Below, piece after piece: positions 30,261-39,943 of a stretch of 61,576 bases of DNA; position 1 is the stretch's first letter, and every line of letters starts with the position of its first letter. The position numbers and the translations under genes are program-made. Below the pieces are notes generated by a model. It ran no database searches. It was not told the DNA's origin and saw nothing but the letters and a program-made list of their open reading frames with translations. Source of the stretch: a virus (taxonomy: Duplodnaviria > Caudoviricetes); the IMG/VR virus record IMGVR_UViG_3300025289_000029, positions 1 through 61,576 of that record; one strand, written 5' to 3'.

Positions 30261-30551
30261 TTATCGGTTTTGGCTTTGGGCACACGTCCCTTTGCACTCT
30301 CCGATATGGGTGAAAGTGGTGAGGTCTCTCTGACAACCAAGTTCTCCCGCACTCGGTTCTATGCTCATCGGCTTTCGGACGAGCGGCCCCTGAAACTCAA
30401 ACGTTACGTCTCCCACTCTCAGCCGGAACGCTTTGTGATAATGGCCTTCTACGGACGAGTGAGTAGTTTCCATGCTTTTGTAGTTGGACAACTGTTCCTC
30501 AAGTTCTTTGTAACCGTCGTAGTCAAGCTGAACGTAGAGGTTGGTTCTCAT
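30261..30551 (-). CDS. Hypothetical protein
   Basis: METTH...GHYHKAFRL...FEFQGPLV. Confidence 0.55.
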   Translation of the reverse strand: MRTNLYVQLDYDGYKELEEQLSNYKSMETTHSSVEGHYHKAFRLRVGDVTFEFQGPLVRKPMSIEPSAGELGCQRDLTTFTHIGECKGTCAQSQNR

Positions 30552-30557
30552 TTAGAT

Positions 30558-30717
30558 AGGCTCCAGATCGCGGTCGGTGGGGAAGCCGCTTAGCTGAGCA
30601 GTGTCAGTAATCTGACAACGATGCGTTGGCCGAGCGCAGGCTCCAGATCGCGGTCGGTGGGGAAGCCGCTTAGCTGAGCAGTGTCAGTAATCTGACAACG
30701 ATGCGTTGGCCGAGCGC
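30558..30717. repeat. Perfect 80-bp tandem duplication
   Basis: aggctccagatcg...ttggccgagcgc at 30558-30637 and 30638-30717. Confidence 0.95.
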
Positions 30718-30853
30718 CATACTCTTTCTCGAACTCGTTGTCGTCTATATCCTCAGAGTCAAGGATGACGACAAACTCCCTCTCTTCCCCTTCGATAGTC
30801 TGTTCGTATCTGAGCAGCCATGCCATTAGTAATCTCCTTCCCTTACTCATCAA
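30590..30853 (-). CDS. Hypothetical protein with C-terminus altered by the duplication
   Basis: Without the duplication it would end ...DLEPI* next to the ATG at 30551. Confidence 0.55.
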   Translation of the reverse strand: MMSKGRRLLMAWLLRYEQTIEGEEREFVVILDSEDIDDNEFEKEYGARPTHRCQITDTAQLSGFPTDRDLEPALGQRIVVRLLTLLS

Positions 30854-31697
30854 CTGTCACGTAGTCTGTCTCCGCTCTACCTGACTGGACGCTTTCCCAG
30901 TGTCCACAGTGCTCCCGTACCGGACACCAGGCACAGTGAGTGCCAGGGTTGGCAGGAAACGCTTTTGACTGCTTCATCGCAATCAGTCGCGGAATGAATA
31001 CCTCATCCATCCACTCGTAGTTGATAAGGTTCCGCCGCGACTCGACAATTGTCAGCTTGTAGGGCTCTGGGTTAACCTTGCCGTTCTTACCCACACGCTG
31101 ATGTCTGACAACGCTGTGCAAGGCGACAGTCTCGTCCTGCGGTTGCCAGATTCCCAGCTTGCGAAGACCCCAAGCGTAGACACTAAGTTGAATCGATACA
31201 TCAGCGTCTAACTGCGACTTCGTTCGCCGTCCTGTTTTCAGATCGATAAGGTGATTGTTCGCAGTCAGCAGGTCGATGTGGAATACAATGGGCTCACCCA
31301 GAACTTCTATCTTCCCGCCGAACTCAACCTGCGCCGGTTCAATGGTTGAAGCCACAGGGAGATACAGTTTCAGCATCCCAATGCCGTCTTCGTAGCTACT
31401 CTCTTCAGTAGTATTTGGGTATAGCTTATCAGCCCAAACAACGTTAGCTTTGGTCAGACCGTCAGAGAGAGGCTGTCCGCTGTCCCACGCTTCCGTGAAC
31501 GCACCGATAACATCATCCTCAAAGGGTGTGCCGCCTTGGAGACGTTCGCGGAAGTAGAACTCCATCGCTCTGTGGAAACAGGAGCCTAGATACATCGCGC
31601 CTGGATACTCAGTACGAGCGGACGGGGTAACAGACTCCGCAAGCTCATACTGGTGAGCGCAGACGGACAACCTCTCTAGACCGACGGTGGTACGCAT
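30843..31697 (-). CDS. PD-(D/E)XK (RecB/Cas4-like) exonuclease
   Basis: GSCFHRAME; IDLL...IDLKTG; QLSVY; C.WC.VREHC. Confidence 0.85.
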   Translation of the reverse strand: MRTTVGLERLSVCAHQYELAESVTPSARTEYPGAMYLGSCFHRAMEFYFRERLQGGTPFEDDVIGAFTEAWDSGQPLSDGLTKANVVWADKLYPNTTEESSYEDGIGMLKLYLPVASTIEPAQVEFGGKIEVLGEPIVFHIDLLTANNHLIDLKTGRRTKSQLDADVSIQLSVYAWGLRKLGIWQPQDETVALHSVVRHQRVGKNGKVNPEPYKLTIVESRRNLINYEWMDEVFIPRLIAMKQSKAFPANPGTHCAWCPVREHCGHWESVQSGRAETDYVTVDE

Positions 31698-31916
31698 TTA
31701 GTCGAGACGCTGGCGCTTGAGCCAGAAGTTCGCGTGAGCGACTGAGCAGAACTGGTGGTTGATAGTGGGCTCTGAGACCCCGTTGACCTCGAAGGAGAGT
31801 GAGATCATAACGGGCTCATCGCCAACGCTCTTGCGACAGGGAATCGGCTGCTTCGCCTTCTCTCCCACGTAGATGTCCTCGATCTTGTCGCAGATGTAAA
31901 CCTGCTGTTCTGGCAT
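31698..31916 (-). CDS. Small zinc-binding hypothetical protein
   Basis: ICD...C...HQFCSVAH; RBS. Confidence 0.55.
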   Translation of the reverse strand: MPEQQVYICDKIEDIYVGEKAKQPIPCRKSVGDEPVMISLSFEVNGVSEPTINHQFCSVAHANFWLKRQRLD

Positions 31917-32013
31917 TTGGATGTTTCCCCTTTCTGTGTTGCGGAATGACTTTAACGGAGAGAGGTCGGCCGGTCAGCCTACCTACGAGTACGGTGTACC
32001 AAACATATTACCA

Positions 32014-32045
32014 AGTCTTCTGTCAACCTAGTCTTCTGTCAACCT
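32014..32045. repeat. 16-bp tandem duplication containing TTGACA on the minus strand
   Basis: agtcttctgtcaacct x2. Confidence 0.85.
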
Positions 32046-32102
32046 AACTCGCCCACTTCCCCACCCTCGACTAAACCGGCTCGACCTCAGTGTCTGGTTG
32101 GA

Positions 32103-32843
32103 TTAGGGCTCAGGGGTCGCCTCGACAGCGGCAGCGGCCTCGGCAACAGCCTCGCCAGCGACGAACTTCCCGTCTGCGTCGGTGTGGAAATGACCGTTGC
32201 TCTTGAGCCACTCTGTCAGCTTGCCAGTCTGAGCGTTCTCGAAGATCACGTCGGCCTGGGGGTGCCTACTGACGGTTGCGATGCTCGCCAACTGAGTGAA
32301 CAGCGCCTTCTCCGGCAGGCCCTCGATGCCACCCTCGCCCTGCAAAGAAGGCAAGATGGCCTCAAAGAGTTCAGTCGGGTCGGTCTGCTGAGTGATACCA
32401 GTTGCCTGCTTCGCCTTGGCACCGCCGAAGTGCTGAGCGATCTCATCTGGCTTGAGAGCCCTGATGGGGAACCGCTTGTCGGTGTCGGCACCTGTCCGGC
32501 GGTTCTTGCGTGGGAAGACTTCGACTTCGACGTAAAGATTGCGAACGGGCTCGTAGTCGTTCATGCCGAAGTCGCTGATGCCCATCTTGGCGAAGTAGTT
32601 GATGAGCTTGCCGAGGTCACTACGAGTGGTGATCTGTTGGTTCTCATCCTCTGGGATGCGATACCATTCCAGCTCGTACTTGCCATCGGGCCGCTCGAAG
32701 CGGAACGACAGTTGGGTCGTTGGGCGCTCTTCACCAGTCTCGTCGTCAGTGAAGGTCTTGTGCTGTTCCTCGACTTCCGTAATCTGGGCGAAGAACTTGC
32801 GGCCTCCCGTCGTTACGCGGGATGCAGCGAAACGAGTTGTCAT
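32103..32843 (-). CDS. Putative ssDNA-binding/recombination protein
   Basis: First gene of the leftward recombination operon; acidic C-terminus; function inferred from context. Confidence 0.5.
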   Translation of the reverse strand: MTTRFAASRVTTGGRKFFAQITEVEEQHKTFTDDETGEERPTTQLSFRFERPDGKYELEWYRIPEDENQQITTRSDLGKLINYFAKMGISDFGMNDYEPVRNLYVEVEVFPRKNRRTGADTDKRFPIRALKPDEIAQHFGGAKAKQATGITQQTDPTELFEAILPSLQGEGGIEGLPEKALFTQLASIATVSRHPQADVIFENAQTGKLTEWLKSNGHFHTDADGKFVAGEAVAEAAAAVEATPEP

Positions 32844-32888
32844 ACAACCCTCCTCTGAAAAGCGGCTCCTGTTTCACACACTGAGCAC

Positions 32889-32977
32889 GCGAAACTTTTG
32901 CTTCTATATGTTAGTCCCGCCCGACCCCTTTGTCAAGCCTTTGAGGGGTTGACAGACGAGAAACTTTCGCTTAGTAT
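32889..32977. promoter_or_regulatory. Divergent sigma70 promoters, each with a GCGAAACTTTCGC-like operator
   Basis: - TTGACA-17-TAACAT (32936-32908); + TTGACA-17-TAGTAT (32949-32977); operators at 32889 and 32958. Confidence 0.7.
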
Positions 32978-33031
32978 TATAGAAGGCGACGGTCTCCGCA
33001 GCCGCCGTCTTTCCTTTAAAGAGGGAGTCCT

Positions 33032-34408
33032 ATGCTCGACGCCTACGACGAGTACAAGCAACAGGGCCTCAGACCAGTTAAGTGCTTTCCCAATTCCGTA
33101 CAGCCTCTCTGGTCTGAGTTACAGAGCGATGATGTAACAGATGAGGATATGTCCGGTTGGGAGGACTACAACGTCGGTGTCCGCGCCCACAAGAATATGT
33201 CTGCTTTAGTCTTTCCCAATTACTCTACTTATACCAAGTTCGCGCAGGCAAACTTCGTCGGAACGCCAATGGACACCGCCCCTGTCATCATGCACCCAGA
33301 TGCGTCTGTTGCCGTGTGGTTCAAAAACACAGCTTGGAAGCAGAAGAACGAGTCAATCGGAGACGCCCTGTTGGTGAACATAGGCGTCTTGCCTGCGCCG
33401 CCGACGGAGATCGGTGGCATCACCACTGAGTTTTTGCAGCAGAGTCCGGCGACGGTACTACCGTCACATAAGTTCAAATCAGGTGTCCCAATTAAAGAAT
33501 ATGTCTACGGGGATGCCGTCATCCCCCTCAAAGGCTATCTGTCGTTCGGCTTCATGGAACCGCGTCCGCTACTCGCCGGAGGGGTTCTCGACGACAAAAG
33601 CAAGCTGGCGATCACAGGGGAGCCTAAAATCGGTAAGTCTCGATTCGCTCTCAACCTTGCCTACTGTCTAGCAACGGGACAGCCTTTCTTAGATGTAGAA
33701 GTGACACAACCTGTAAGAGTCCTGTTCGCACAGTTTGAGGTCAGCAACGCCCGCTTTCATCAGCGCGTTATCGGCCTCGCACGAGCTTATAATCTCCCCA
33801 CTGATACCAACATTCCGCTTTACTTCGTAACGATGCCTTGGCTACATCTCGACGACACAGATGGGTTGAGACGTTTCGACCGTTTGGTACAGACCTGTCA
33901 GCCGGATGTTGTCTTCTTAGACCCGATGTACAAGATACATGGGTCAGAGGAGAACTCCGCGAGCGATATGCAACAGGGGCTTTATGACCACCTAGACGAC
34001 CTGATTAAAGAGCACGACATCAGCCTCATTATCACCCACCACGTTAACAAACGTTCAGATGCTAAAGGTTGGCTGCGTGTACGAGGTACAGGACAACTTC
34101 CTGCGTGGGTAGACGGTCTTATTACTCTCGACCGGCCTGGGCGTAGCAGCGATATAGAAGCTACCGCGTTGCTCAGGTCAGGCGAGGGGTTCGTAAAGAC
34201 GGTGGCGTTCAACGACCAACACCTGCTGATTTGCAAAGGCGATCAGGCTGCCATCGAAATCTTCTGTGCGGAGATGGCGCTTTCGCAACCCAGCATGACC
34301 CGTAGACAGTTGGCAGCGCGAGTCGCCAAAGAGTTCTCGATGACTACTTCTGAAGTCTACGACGTGTTCAAACATCTAGAGGACATCGGCTTCGTGCTTC
34401 CTCAGTGA
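33032..34408 (+). CDS. Primase-like domain + AAA_25/RepA-type helicase
   Basis: GEPKIGKS, VVFLDP, EENSASDM, ITHHVNK, RGTG; N-terminal YNVGV..., PAPPT. Confidence 0.8.
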   Translation: MLDAYDEYKQQGLRPVKCFPNSVQPLWSELQSDDVTDEDMSGWEDYNVGVRAHKNMSALVFPNYSTYTKFAQANFVGTPMDTAPVIMHPDASVAVWFKNTAWKQKNESIGDALLVNIGVLPAPPTEIGGITTEFLQQSPATVLPSHKFKSGVPIKEYVYGDAVIPLKGYLSFGFMEPRPLLAGGVLDDKSKLAITGEPKIGKSRFALNLAYCLATGQPFLDVEVTQPVRVLFAQFEVSNARFHQRVIGLARAYNLPTDTNIPLYFVTMPWLHLDDTDGLRRFDRLVQTCQPDVVFLDPMYKIHGSEENSASDMQQGLYDHLDDLIKEHDISLIITHHVNKRSDAKGWLRVRGTGQLPAWVDGLITLDRPGRSSDIEATALLRSGEGFVKTVAFNDQHLLICKGDQAAIEIFCAEMALSQPSMTRRQLAARVAKEFSMTTSEVYDVFKHLEDIGFVLPQ

Positions 34409-34857
34409 TGGAGCTTTGCGAACACACCTGTTTGAACGACCCGCACACTCAAGCGGCTTATGGTGGGTCAAAGTTAAGCTGTTGCAATCAATGTCCATCC
34501 TGCAAAAGACCTATCAGATATGGAGAGCTTAATGCCCACCTCCGAACCTGCCATGCGAGTTCTAATTTGCGGCTCAAGATTATGATAAGTTCTCTGACTT
34601 GGAAGTTGGCCGATGTGCTACAATCGGCAAGTTTTGAGATTGTAATCGCAGAGGCGTTATTCTGGCCCTACAGGGTTGATGTTCTTCTCGCGGAAGAGTG
34701 GCTTGGATTTGAGGCAGATGGGGCCTATCATTTTACACCGGAGCGGAAGAGGTATGACAAAGAGAGAGACCGAAAGCTGGTTGAGCGGTTCGATCTTCCA
34801 ATAGCTCGATTAACTGGATATGAGGTGGAGAGATTGTACGAAAGTCTTAGCCAATGA
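34405..34857 (+). CDS. DUF559/Vsr-like endonuclease with N-terminal zinc finger
   Basis: YRVDV......FEADGAYH......DKERDRKL. Confidence 0.7.
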   Translation: MMELCEHTCLNDPHTQAAYGGSKLSCCNQCPSCKRPIRYGELNAHLRTCHASSNLRLKIMISSLTWKLADVLQSASFEIVIAEALFWPYRVDVLLAEEWLGFEADGAYHFTPERKRYDKERDRKLVERFDLPIARLTGYEVERLYESLSQ

Positions 34858-35201
34858 GAATACTGATATGTGGTTCACGTATGTGGACAGATGTTGAGCC
34901 TATCAGAGCGTACTTGAAAACACTTCCTGCCAACGCTACCATCATTACCGGAGCTTCCGCCGGAGCTGACAGAATCGCTGCTCAGGTCGCTCGTGAGCTA
35001 GGTTTGAATGTTGAAGAATATCCTGCTGATTGGAAGAGGTTTGGCAGAGCCGCAGGGCCAATCAGGAACACGCAAATGCTAGACGAAGGTGAGCCAATTA
35101 AGGTCAGAGCTTTTACTCGAACACCCATTACACCTGGGACGGCGAACATGATAGCGCAGGCCCGCAGAAAAGGGTTAGAAGTGGAGGTAACATATGCGTG
35201 A
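34854..35201 (+). CDS. YspA/DUF2493 SLOG-family protein
   Basis: ILICGSR, GASAGAD, ADW..GRAAGPIRN, GTANMI. Confidence 0.85.
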   Translation: MRILICGSRMWTDVEPIRAYLKTLPANATIITGASAGADRIAAQVARELGLNVEEYPADWKRFGRAAGPIRNTQMLDEGEPIKVRAFTRTPITPGTANMIAQARRKGLEVEVTYA

Positions 35202-35460
35202 CTCTGGTGTCTACGTACGTGTCGCAGGTCGTGGTACGGTAGACCTCATCTACGAGACCACTGACGACGAGTTCCTCAATTGGGTAGGTGAGAAGGTTGC
35301 CAACTGCGGAGGGATAGTCATAGCGGAGACAGGTGTCAGATGTGACCCCGAAATACGTTTTTCTATACTCCTTCGTCTGCATGAGCATGGTATCGAAGTA
35401 GTCCGTGCGAAAGGGAGTGAATACGCTCGAATAATCAAAGCCCAAGAGCGGGTTAACTGA
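35194..35460 (+). CDS. Hypothetical protein
   Basis: Coupled ORF with RBS. Confidence 0.5.
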   Translation: MRDSGVYVRVAGRGTVDLIYETTDDEFLNWVGEKVANCGGIVIAETGVRCDPEIRFSILLRLHEHGIEVVRAKGSEYARIIKAQERVN

Positions 35461-35563
35461 TGGCTGACTCAGATAGCTGCCCTGTTGAATCTGGACTGCT
35501 GGGACGCGCTCAGGCTGGGTGAAGAACGCTACATGGAAGCGATGTCGATTAAGGAGACAAGAC

Positions 35564-35809
35564 GTGACGGATACACCCGAAACGAATGACTGTGTTCATC
35601 ACTGGATAATAGAGACACCCGCTGGTGGCCCAACAAGCGACGCTCGATGTAGAAAATGCGGCACAGAAAGAGCCTTCTCTAACTTCGATGAGAAGTTCTC
35701 TGGTAGCTATAAAACTGATCCAGAGTTGAAGAAGGTAAAGCACGCAAGGGCGGCGAAGTCCACAGGGAACGCTCTTGGAGAATACTGGCGCGGAGACCTA
35801 GATAAGTAG
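35564..35809 (+). CDS. Small zinc-ribbon protein (CxHHWIIE...CxxC)
   Basis: RBS aaggag with GTG start at 35564. Confidence 0.6.
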   Translation: MTDTPETNDCVHHWIIETPAGGPTSDARCRKCGTERAFSNFDEKFSGSYKTDPELKKVKHARAAKSTGNALGEYWRGDLDK

Positions 35810-36325
35810 CGACCAATCTTTAGGCACCCTACCACGGTCTGTGTGACGCAGAACAAGACGTATAGCGCCACCTCCTAAAAGAACATCTCGCAAAGCGTCG
35901 TTCGGTAGAGCTATCTCAAATGCCAGCTCCAGACGTGGGTACAGTCGAAGGAGCAGTAAGTTACCGTCTCGGCTCACGAGCGTCTTAGGTATCAACGCGA
36001 TCTGGCGATGCGCTACCGGAGACCACTTGCGGTTACAGAAGCCTTTGAACCACGCCTGCGCGAAGGCAATGGAGTGTATCTTTCTTTTGTCAGCGAGACT
36101 TTGTTTGACATCGGCCAAGATTGGATTCCTATATCTTCGCCAGTAGTCCTCAACGCTTTGGCAGGCGGGCTCGTGGTCACAGCGAAACTGGTGAATACGA
36201 AACCAGAGACGGCCTTGTCTCTTGGAAGTTCTGTCTATTCTCAGGGCAACGTTGGCCGCTATTGAGTACGTCCGTCGCCATTCTTCCACATACTGAAGGA
36301 GGAGCGTCTCCTTTTCGGAGGTCAT
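35798..36325 (-). CDS. Hypothetical protein
   Basis: 175-aa ORF; function unclear. Confidence 0.4.
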   Translation of the reverse strand: MTSEKETLLLQYVEEWRRTYSIAANVALRIDRTSKRQGRLWFRIHQFRCDHEPACQSVEDYWRRYRNPILADVKQSLADKRKIHSIAFAQAWFKGFCNRKWSPVAHRQIALIPKTLVSRDGNLLLLRLYPRLELAFEIALPNDALRDVLLGGGAIRLVLRHTDRGRVPKDWSLLI

Positions 36326-36428
36326 AGGGTTAAGAGTTATCGCTTGCAGGTGGCCTCACCTCCAGACGCGTCAGCATGCCTTCATCTCCAGCCGCTTCCG
36401 CATATCGGCTTCGGTGAGGGCGAGGCTC

Positions 36429-36701
36429 TTATGAGCAACAATACAACTGTGCGCCTCGCAGAAGCCACCGCCCGAAAGAGCCAATATGCTTCGCCACAGG
36501 TACGCGTTCATGAGCGCGACGAGCCACGTCTTCGAGCGCCGCGTCCTTCTCCTTCACCAGCGCCCGCGAGGCGTCCCGCTCTCGCTCCATCGCGTCGCGC
36601 TCCATCCTCATCGTTGCGGCCCATTGGTCTGCTGATTCCCGTTGAGCCTCGGCCTCCAACCGCATCTCTCGTTCTATTACCAGTTCGTCGTCGGTCATCA
36701 C
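36429..36701 (-). CDS. Hypothetical coiled-coil protein
   Basis: Coupled to the upstream ORF. Confidence 0.45.
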   Translation of the reverse strand: MMTDDELVIEREMRLEAEAQRESADQWAATMRMERDAMERERDASRALVKEKDAALEDVARRAHERVPVAKHIGSFGRWLLRGAQLYCCS

Positions 36702-37171
36702 TTCTCCTCCAGATGCTCCAGCATGTCGGATTCCTTGAGGGCAAGAGCAGCATCAAGACGCTCCCCAACTTCTTCCCAGACGCCGTGGAAAAGCGAGTCC
36801 TCCTTAATGTCGTCGGTCTTCTGGCGCTGCTCACGCACCCAATCTCTAACTTGAGCTATCTCCTCCACCAGCGCCCGCAAAACAGCGATTGTAAGGAGTA
36901 GTGCAGGGACGGCTTCGCGGGCGGCGGCAATGAAGGCAGCATTGGCTTGGTGCTGACGTGGTGAGAGGTCATTGCCCTGATGTCGCGGGTTGACTGCTAT
37001 CAACTTGCCCATTGGGGCGGCCATGCCTCCTGATATTATCCAACGTTCAGGCTTGTCACTGTGGTTCAGTTTTCGCCACGGCCCCTCGGTCGCGGCATCC
37101 ACCAGCGCCTTGAGAGCCTGTTCTGCCTTGTTCAAGTGCGTCGTCCAGTCTTCTGCTTGTTCTTTGATCAA
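36698..37171 (-). CDS. Ead/Ea22-like protein
   Basis: AATEGPW...ANAAFIAAAREAVPALL. Confidence 0.6.
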   Translation of the reverse strand: MIKEQAEDWTTHLNKAEQALKALVDAATEGPWRKLNHSDKPERWIISGGMAAPMGKLIAVNPRHQGNDLSPRQHQANAAFIAAAREAVPALLLTIAVLRALVEEIAQVRDWVREQRQKTDDIKEDSLFHGVWEEVGERLDAALALKESDMLEHLEEK

Positions 37172-37189
37172 TTGCTAAGTCTCCTTAAT

Positions 37190-37798
37190 ATCAAGATCGA
37201 CACTTATATCTTACAGATAAAGCACAGCGAAGCTAAAACTTCGCCTGTGCCCCTGTCCTATTAGGGGGCCTCGCGGGAGTAGTGTAGTCAACGTGCCTTA
37301 CCTGTCTATCATCTTAGCAGATGTTATATACATCTGTCAATACTATCTGAACGCTAAAAGGGAAAAAGCTGAGGGGCAGACCTCCCGCAAAATCTGCCCC
37401 TCTTGAGAGCGCCCACGACTTTGACGCGCACACAACACCCCAGCCAGCGTGGTCGCCTACTGTGATTATACCATATTTGGCAACGCTGTCGATCAGCAAA
37501 CTTGTTGGCAGCAGCAAAGTGTGGTATAACTTGGGTGCATCGACCCTCCCTGTTGATGCGGGCTGAAGAGACAGACTCCCTCCGTGGGAGTCTTCTCTTT
37601 TTGTCCAATCGTCCAATCATCCCAACGTGGGCCAGCTTAGCAGGTTATCTCAAAAGAACCTTTCAGGTTCTTTTCTGATAAGTGTCCATGTTGATGATAA
37701 GTCTCTTTAGCATTTGATTTCAACAAAGGGGCACGGGATAGATAGAAACATAGCCTTCGCTATGTTTTATCCTTTAGGATATAAGTGTCAATATTGAT
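37190..37798. repeat. Non-coding region bounded by ~50-bp imperfect inverted repeats (GACACTTAT core)
   Basis: 37190-37244 (+), 37751-37798 (-), partial copy at 37677-37700 (-). Confidence 0.7.
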
Positions 37799-37911
37799 GC
37801 TAACTCTTCTTAACAGTTGTTTACAGTTCAGACCAGGCGATCTTTTTCGATCAGTTGGAACTGGCTGTCTGGGTGAGCTGGGTAGATTATCAAACTTCGC
37901 TGTCTGAGCTA

Positions 37912-37941
37912 TTGACAATTGCCCCCTTCCTTCTATATAAT
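37912..37941 (+). promoter_or_regulatory. Consensus sigma70 promoter
   Basis: TTGACA-18-TATAAT. Confidence 0.75.
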
Positions 37942-37971
37942 AAAGAGGCACACGAGAGGAGTCACAACAGG

Positions 37972-38253
37972 ATGATAGAGCTAAGCGAATCCGCAGTCGA
38001 AAGCCTCGCAGCAGCCGCGTTAGGTGTAGAGTCCACCTTCGACGTAACACCGTTGCCGGAGGGCGAGCGGTACACAACGCTGAAAGGCCAGGGCTATGCC
38101 ACACTGCTTGAGATTCTTAGGGCTATAGACGTGCCCACGAGTGATCTAAGAGAAGCAGCAGAACAGGGGATATATGAGTTCCTGCGGGGACAGTCAGCTT
38201 ACCTGCGGCGTCGTATTCAAGAGTGGTTGAAAGAGCCAGAGCAGATTAAGTGA
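37972..38253 (+). CDS. Hypothetical protein
   Basis: First gene after the promoter. Confidence 0.55.
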   Translation: MIELSESAVESLAAAALGVESTFDVTPLPEGERYTTLKGQGYATLLEILRAIDVPTSDLREAAEQGIYEFLRGQSAYLRRRIQEWLKEPEQIK

Positions 38254-38453
38254 GATGTCCAAACTGTGAGTCGGTCATGGAACGTGAGGATCATGTTGAC
38301 ACCTCTGGTTTCCCAGAGCTTATCATCCACGCTATCTACGTCTGTGAGGACTGTGGCGCGGAGTACATCTGGAGACGGGCAACCGGCAGACTAGAATCGC
38401 TGTTTGACCCTCGTGATAACGTGCCCAAAGAGTACACAGATGCCACGTCCTAG
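38250..38453 (+). CDS. Zinc-ribbon protein
   Basis: CPNC...CEDC. Confidence 0.6.
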   Translation: MRCPNCESVMEREDHVDTSGFPELIIHAIYVCEDCGAEYIWRRATGRLESLFDPRDNVPKEYTDATS

Positions 38454-38772
38454 AGTCAGCTCCGGCCAGCGTTTGCTGAGGAACATCTTGGTCGATAACG
38501 GCTTCGGGCCTATCCAGATGGAGTACGGCGTCGCTGGTTACTCGGTAGACCTCTATCTGCCTGAGCATCACATTGGGATCGAGTACGACGGCCCACTTCA
38601 CCACCTGACGCATCAGGAAGACGCCGTTCGCTGTGCGAACATAACGAAGGCAGGTCTGCCGTTGCTGCACGTGACAAGTGCAGAAGTCAAAGTTGCAAAG
38701 TCGAACCCGAAGGCACTTGTGAAAAAGGTTGCGGCTTTTGTTCGACTGAGAGGTACGCAATGCAAGGGTTAA
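38440..38772 (+). CDS. DUF559/Vsr-like endonuclease
   Basis: EY.V.GYSVDLY......IEYDGPLHH....D..R. Confidence 0.7.
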   Translation: MPRPRVSSGQRLLRNILVDNGFGPIQMEYGVAGYSVDLYLPEHHIGIEYDGPLHHLTHQEDAVRCANITKAGLPLLHVTSAEVKVAKSNPKALVKKVAAFVRLRGTQCKG

Positions 38773-38948
38773 CCCTAGCTAGCAGTCTCCACGATAAGGT
38801 TCTAGAACGTCTGGAGAAGTTTGACGTTCCACGTAGTTACACGAAGCCGTGGGTGCTGTACCTTGTCTGCTTGCTGGCTGTTGACACACTAGACACAGAT
38901 GAGGAGTTAAAGCAGAAGATGTTGGAGTATCTAGGTGACAAAGATTAG
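38760..38948 (+). CDS. Hypothetical protein
   Basis: Coupled ORF with RBS. Confidence 0.45.
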   Translation: MQGLTLASSLHDKVLERLEKFDVPRSYTKPWVLYLVCLLAVDTLDTDEELKQKMLEYLGDKD

Positions 38949-39180
38949 AGTGCAGACAACTTCGGGCTGTTACACCGTCCCCGACCCTGATGATGAGTGC
39001 GCTTGGTGTGGCGACGCCAGACGGCAGCACACTGAGACAGGTTGCAGGTTGTGTGGAAGATACCCGTGGGAGCGCGGCATCTACGCCTGCACAGGATTTG
39101 TCGAACGGGACAAGGCAGCAGCCCGTAGGAGAAAGTTTATGAAGGCCGCAGGTCTCCTCGATGCCAACAGTTCTAGCTGA
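38935..39180 (+). CDS. Cys-rich hypothetical protein
   Basis: CAWC...H...CRLC...CTGF. Confidence 0.5.
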   Translation: MTKIRVQTTSGCYTVPDPDDECAWCGDARRQHTETGCRLCGRYPWERGIYACTGFVERDKAAARRRKFMKAAGLLDANSSS

Positions 39181-39847
39181 CGCACGTCAAACAAGCTTGG
39201 CCGAGGAGTCTGTTAACCTCATCATCAGCGATCCGCCTTGGGACGCTCTGGACAAGTGGCGTAGCGTTGGTACGACCACTCGACTCGGTGGGCACCACCG
39301 CCCTGAGCTAAGAACGGGCTGGTTCGAGACACTGAGCACACAAGAGATTATTGAGATTCTGCGCCATGCTCACAGCTACCTGAAACCCAACAGCCATCTC
39401 TACTGGTTCGTACATCCCGAAGCGGCTGGCGAAGTTCTTATCGCAGCCAAAAAACTTTTCGACTACGCGAAGCTGTTGGTGTGGGATAAGGTTAACATGG
39501 GAATGGGTTATCACTACCGCGCTCGGCACGAGTTCGTCCTCTTTGCTGAGAAGGGTAAAAGGCGATTGAACAGCCTCAGCATACCCGACGTTCTGGAGTT
39601 CAAAGCGGTCACGAAGCGCCAACAGCTATACCCGACCCAAAAGCCACTTGAGCTAGTCGAAGTGTTCATCAAACAAAGCAGCGTCGCAGGTGAACTCGTG
39701 TTCGATATGTTCACTGGCAGTGGCACGACTGCTGTTGCTGCGGTCAGGAACAACCGTAGCTTTGTCGGATGGGACTTAAACGAAGAGGCAGTATGTATCG
39801 CCAACGAGCGAGAAAGGAGTGCCCGAAATGGAATGTCCGTTGTGTGA
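39161..39847 (+). CDS. DNA N4-cytosine/N6-adenine methyltransferase (beta class)
   Basis: SDPPW; YPTQKP..L; DMFTGSGTT. Confidence 0.9.
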   Translation: MPTVLADARQTSLAEESVNLIISDPPWDALDKWRSVGTTTRLGGHHRPELRTGWFETLSTQEIIEILRHAHSYLKPNSHLYWFVHPEAAGEVLIAAKKLFDYAKLLVWDKVNMGMGYHYRARHEFVLFAEKGKRRLNSLSIPDVLEFKAVTKRQQLYPTQKPLELVEVFIKQSSVAGELVFDMFTGSGTTAVAAVRNNRSFVGWDLNEEAVCIANERERSARNGMSVV

Positions 39848-39943
39848 GGAGACGCTGAGTCCACGCAGGAACGCAAAGCGCGTGACCTGCAAAGAGTGTG
39901 GCTCCGTCTATGTTATAGAGGAGCTGGCGGATAGGCTGGCAAT

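Noticed and set aside
30558-30717. Mini-CRISPR or DGR repeat next to a Cas4-like nuclease
   Set aside because: Two identical abutting copies with no spacer and no A-specific mismatches; no reverse transcriptase seen
29254-32858. Long antisense ORFs (29254..30006, 32184..32858)
   Set aside because: Shadows of motif-supported or RBS-supported minus-strand genes
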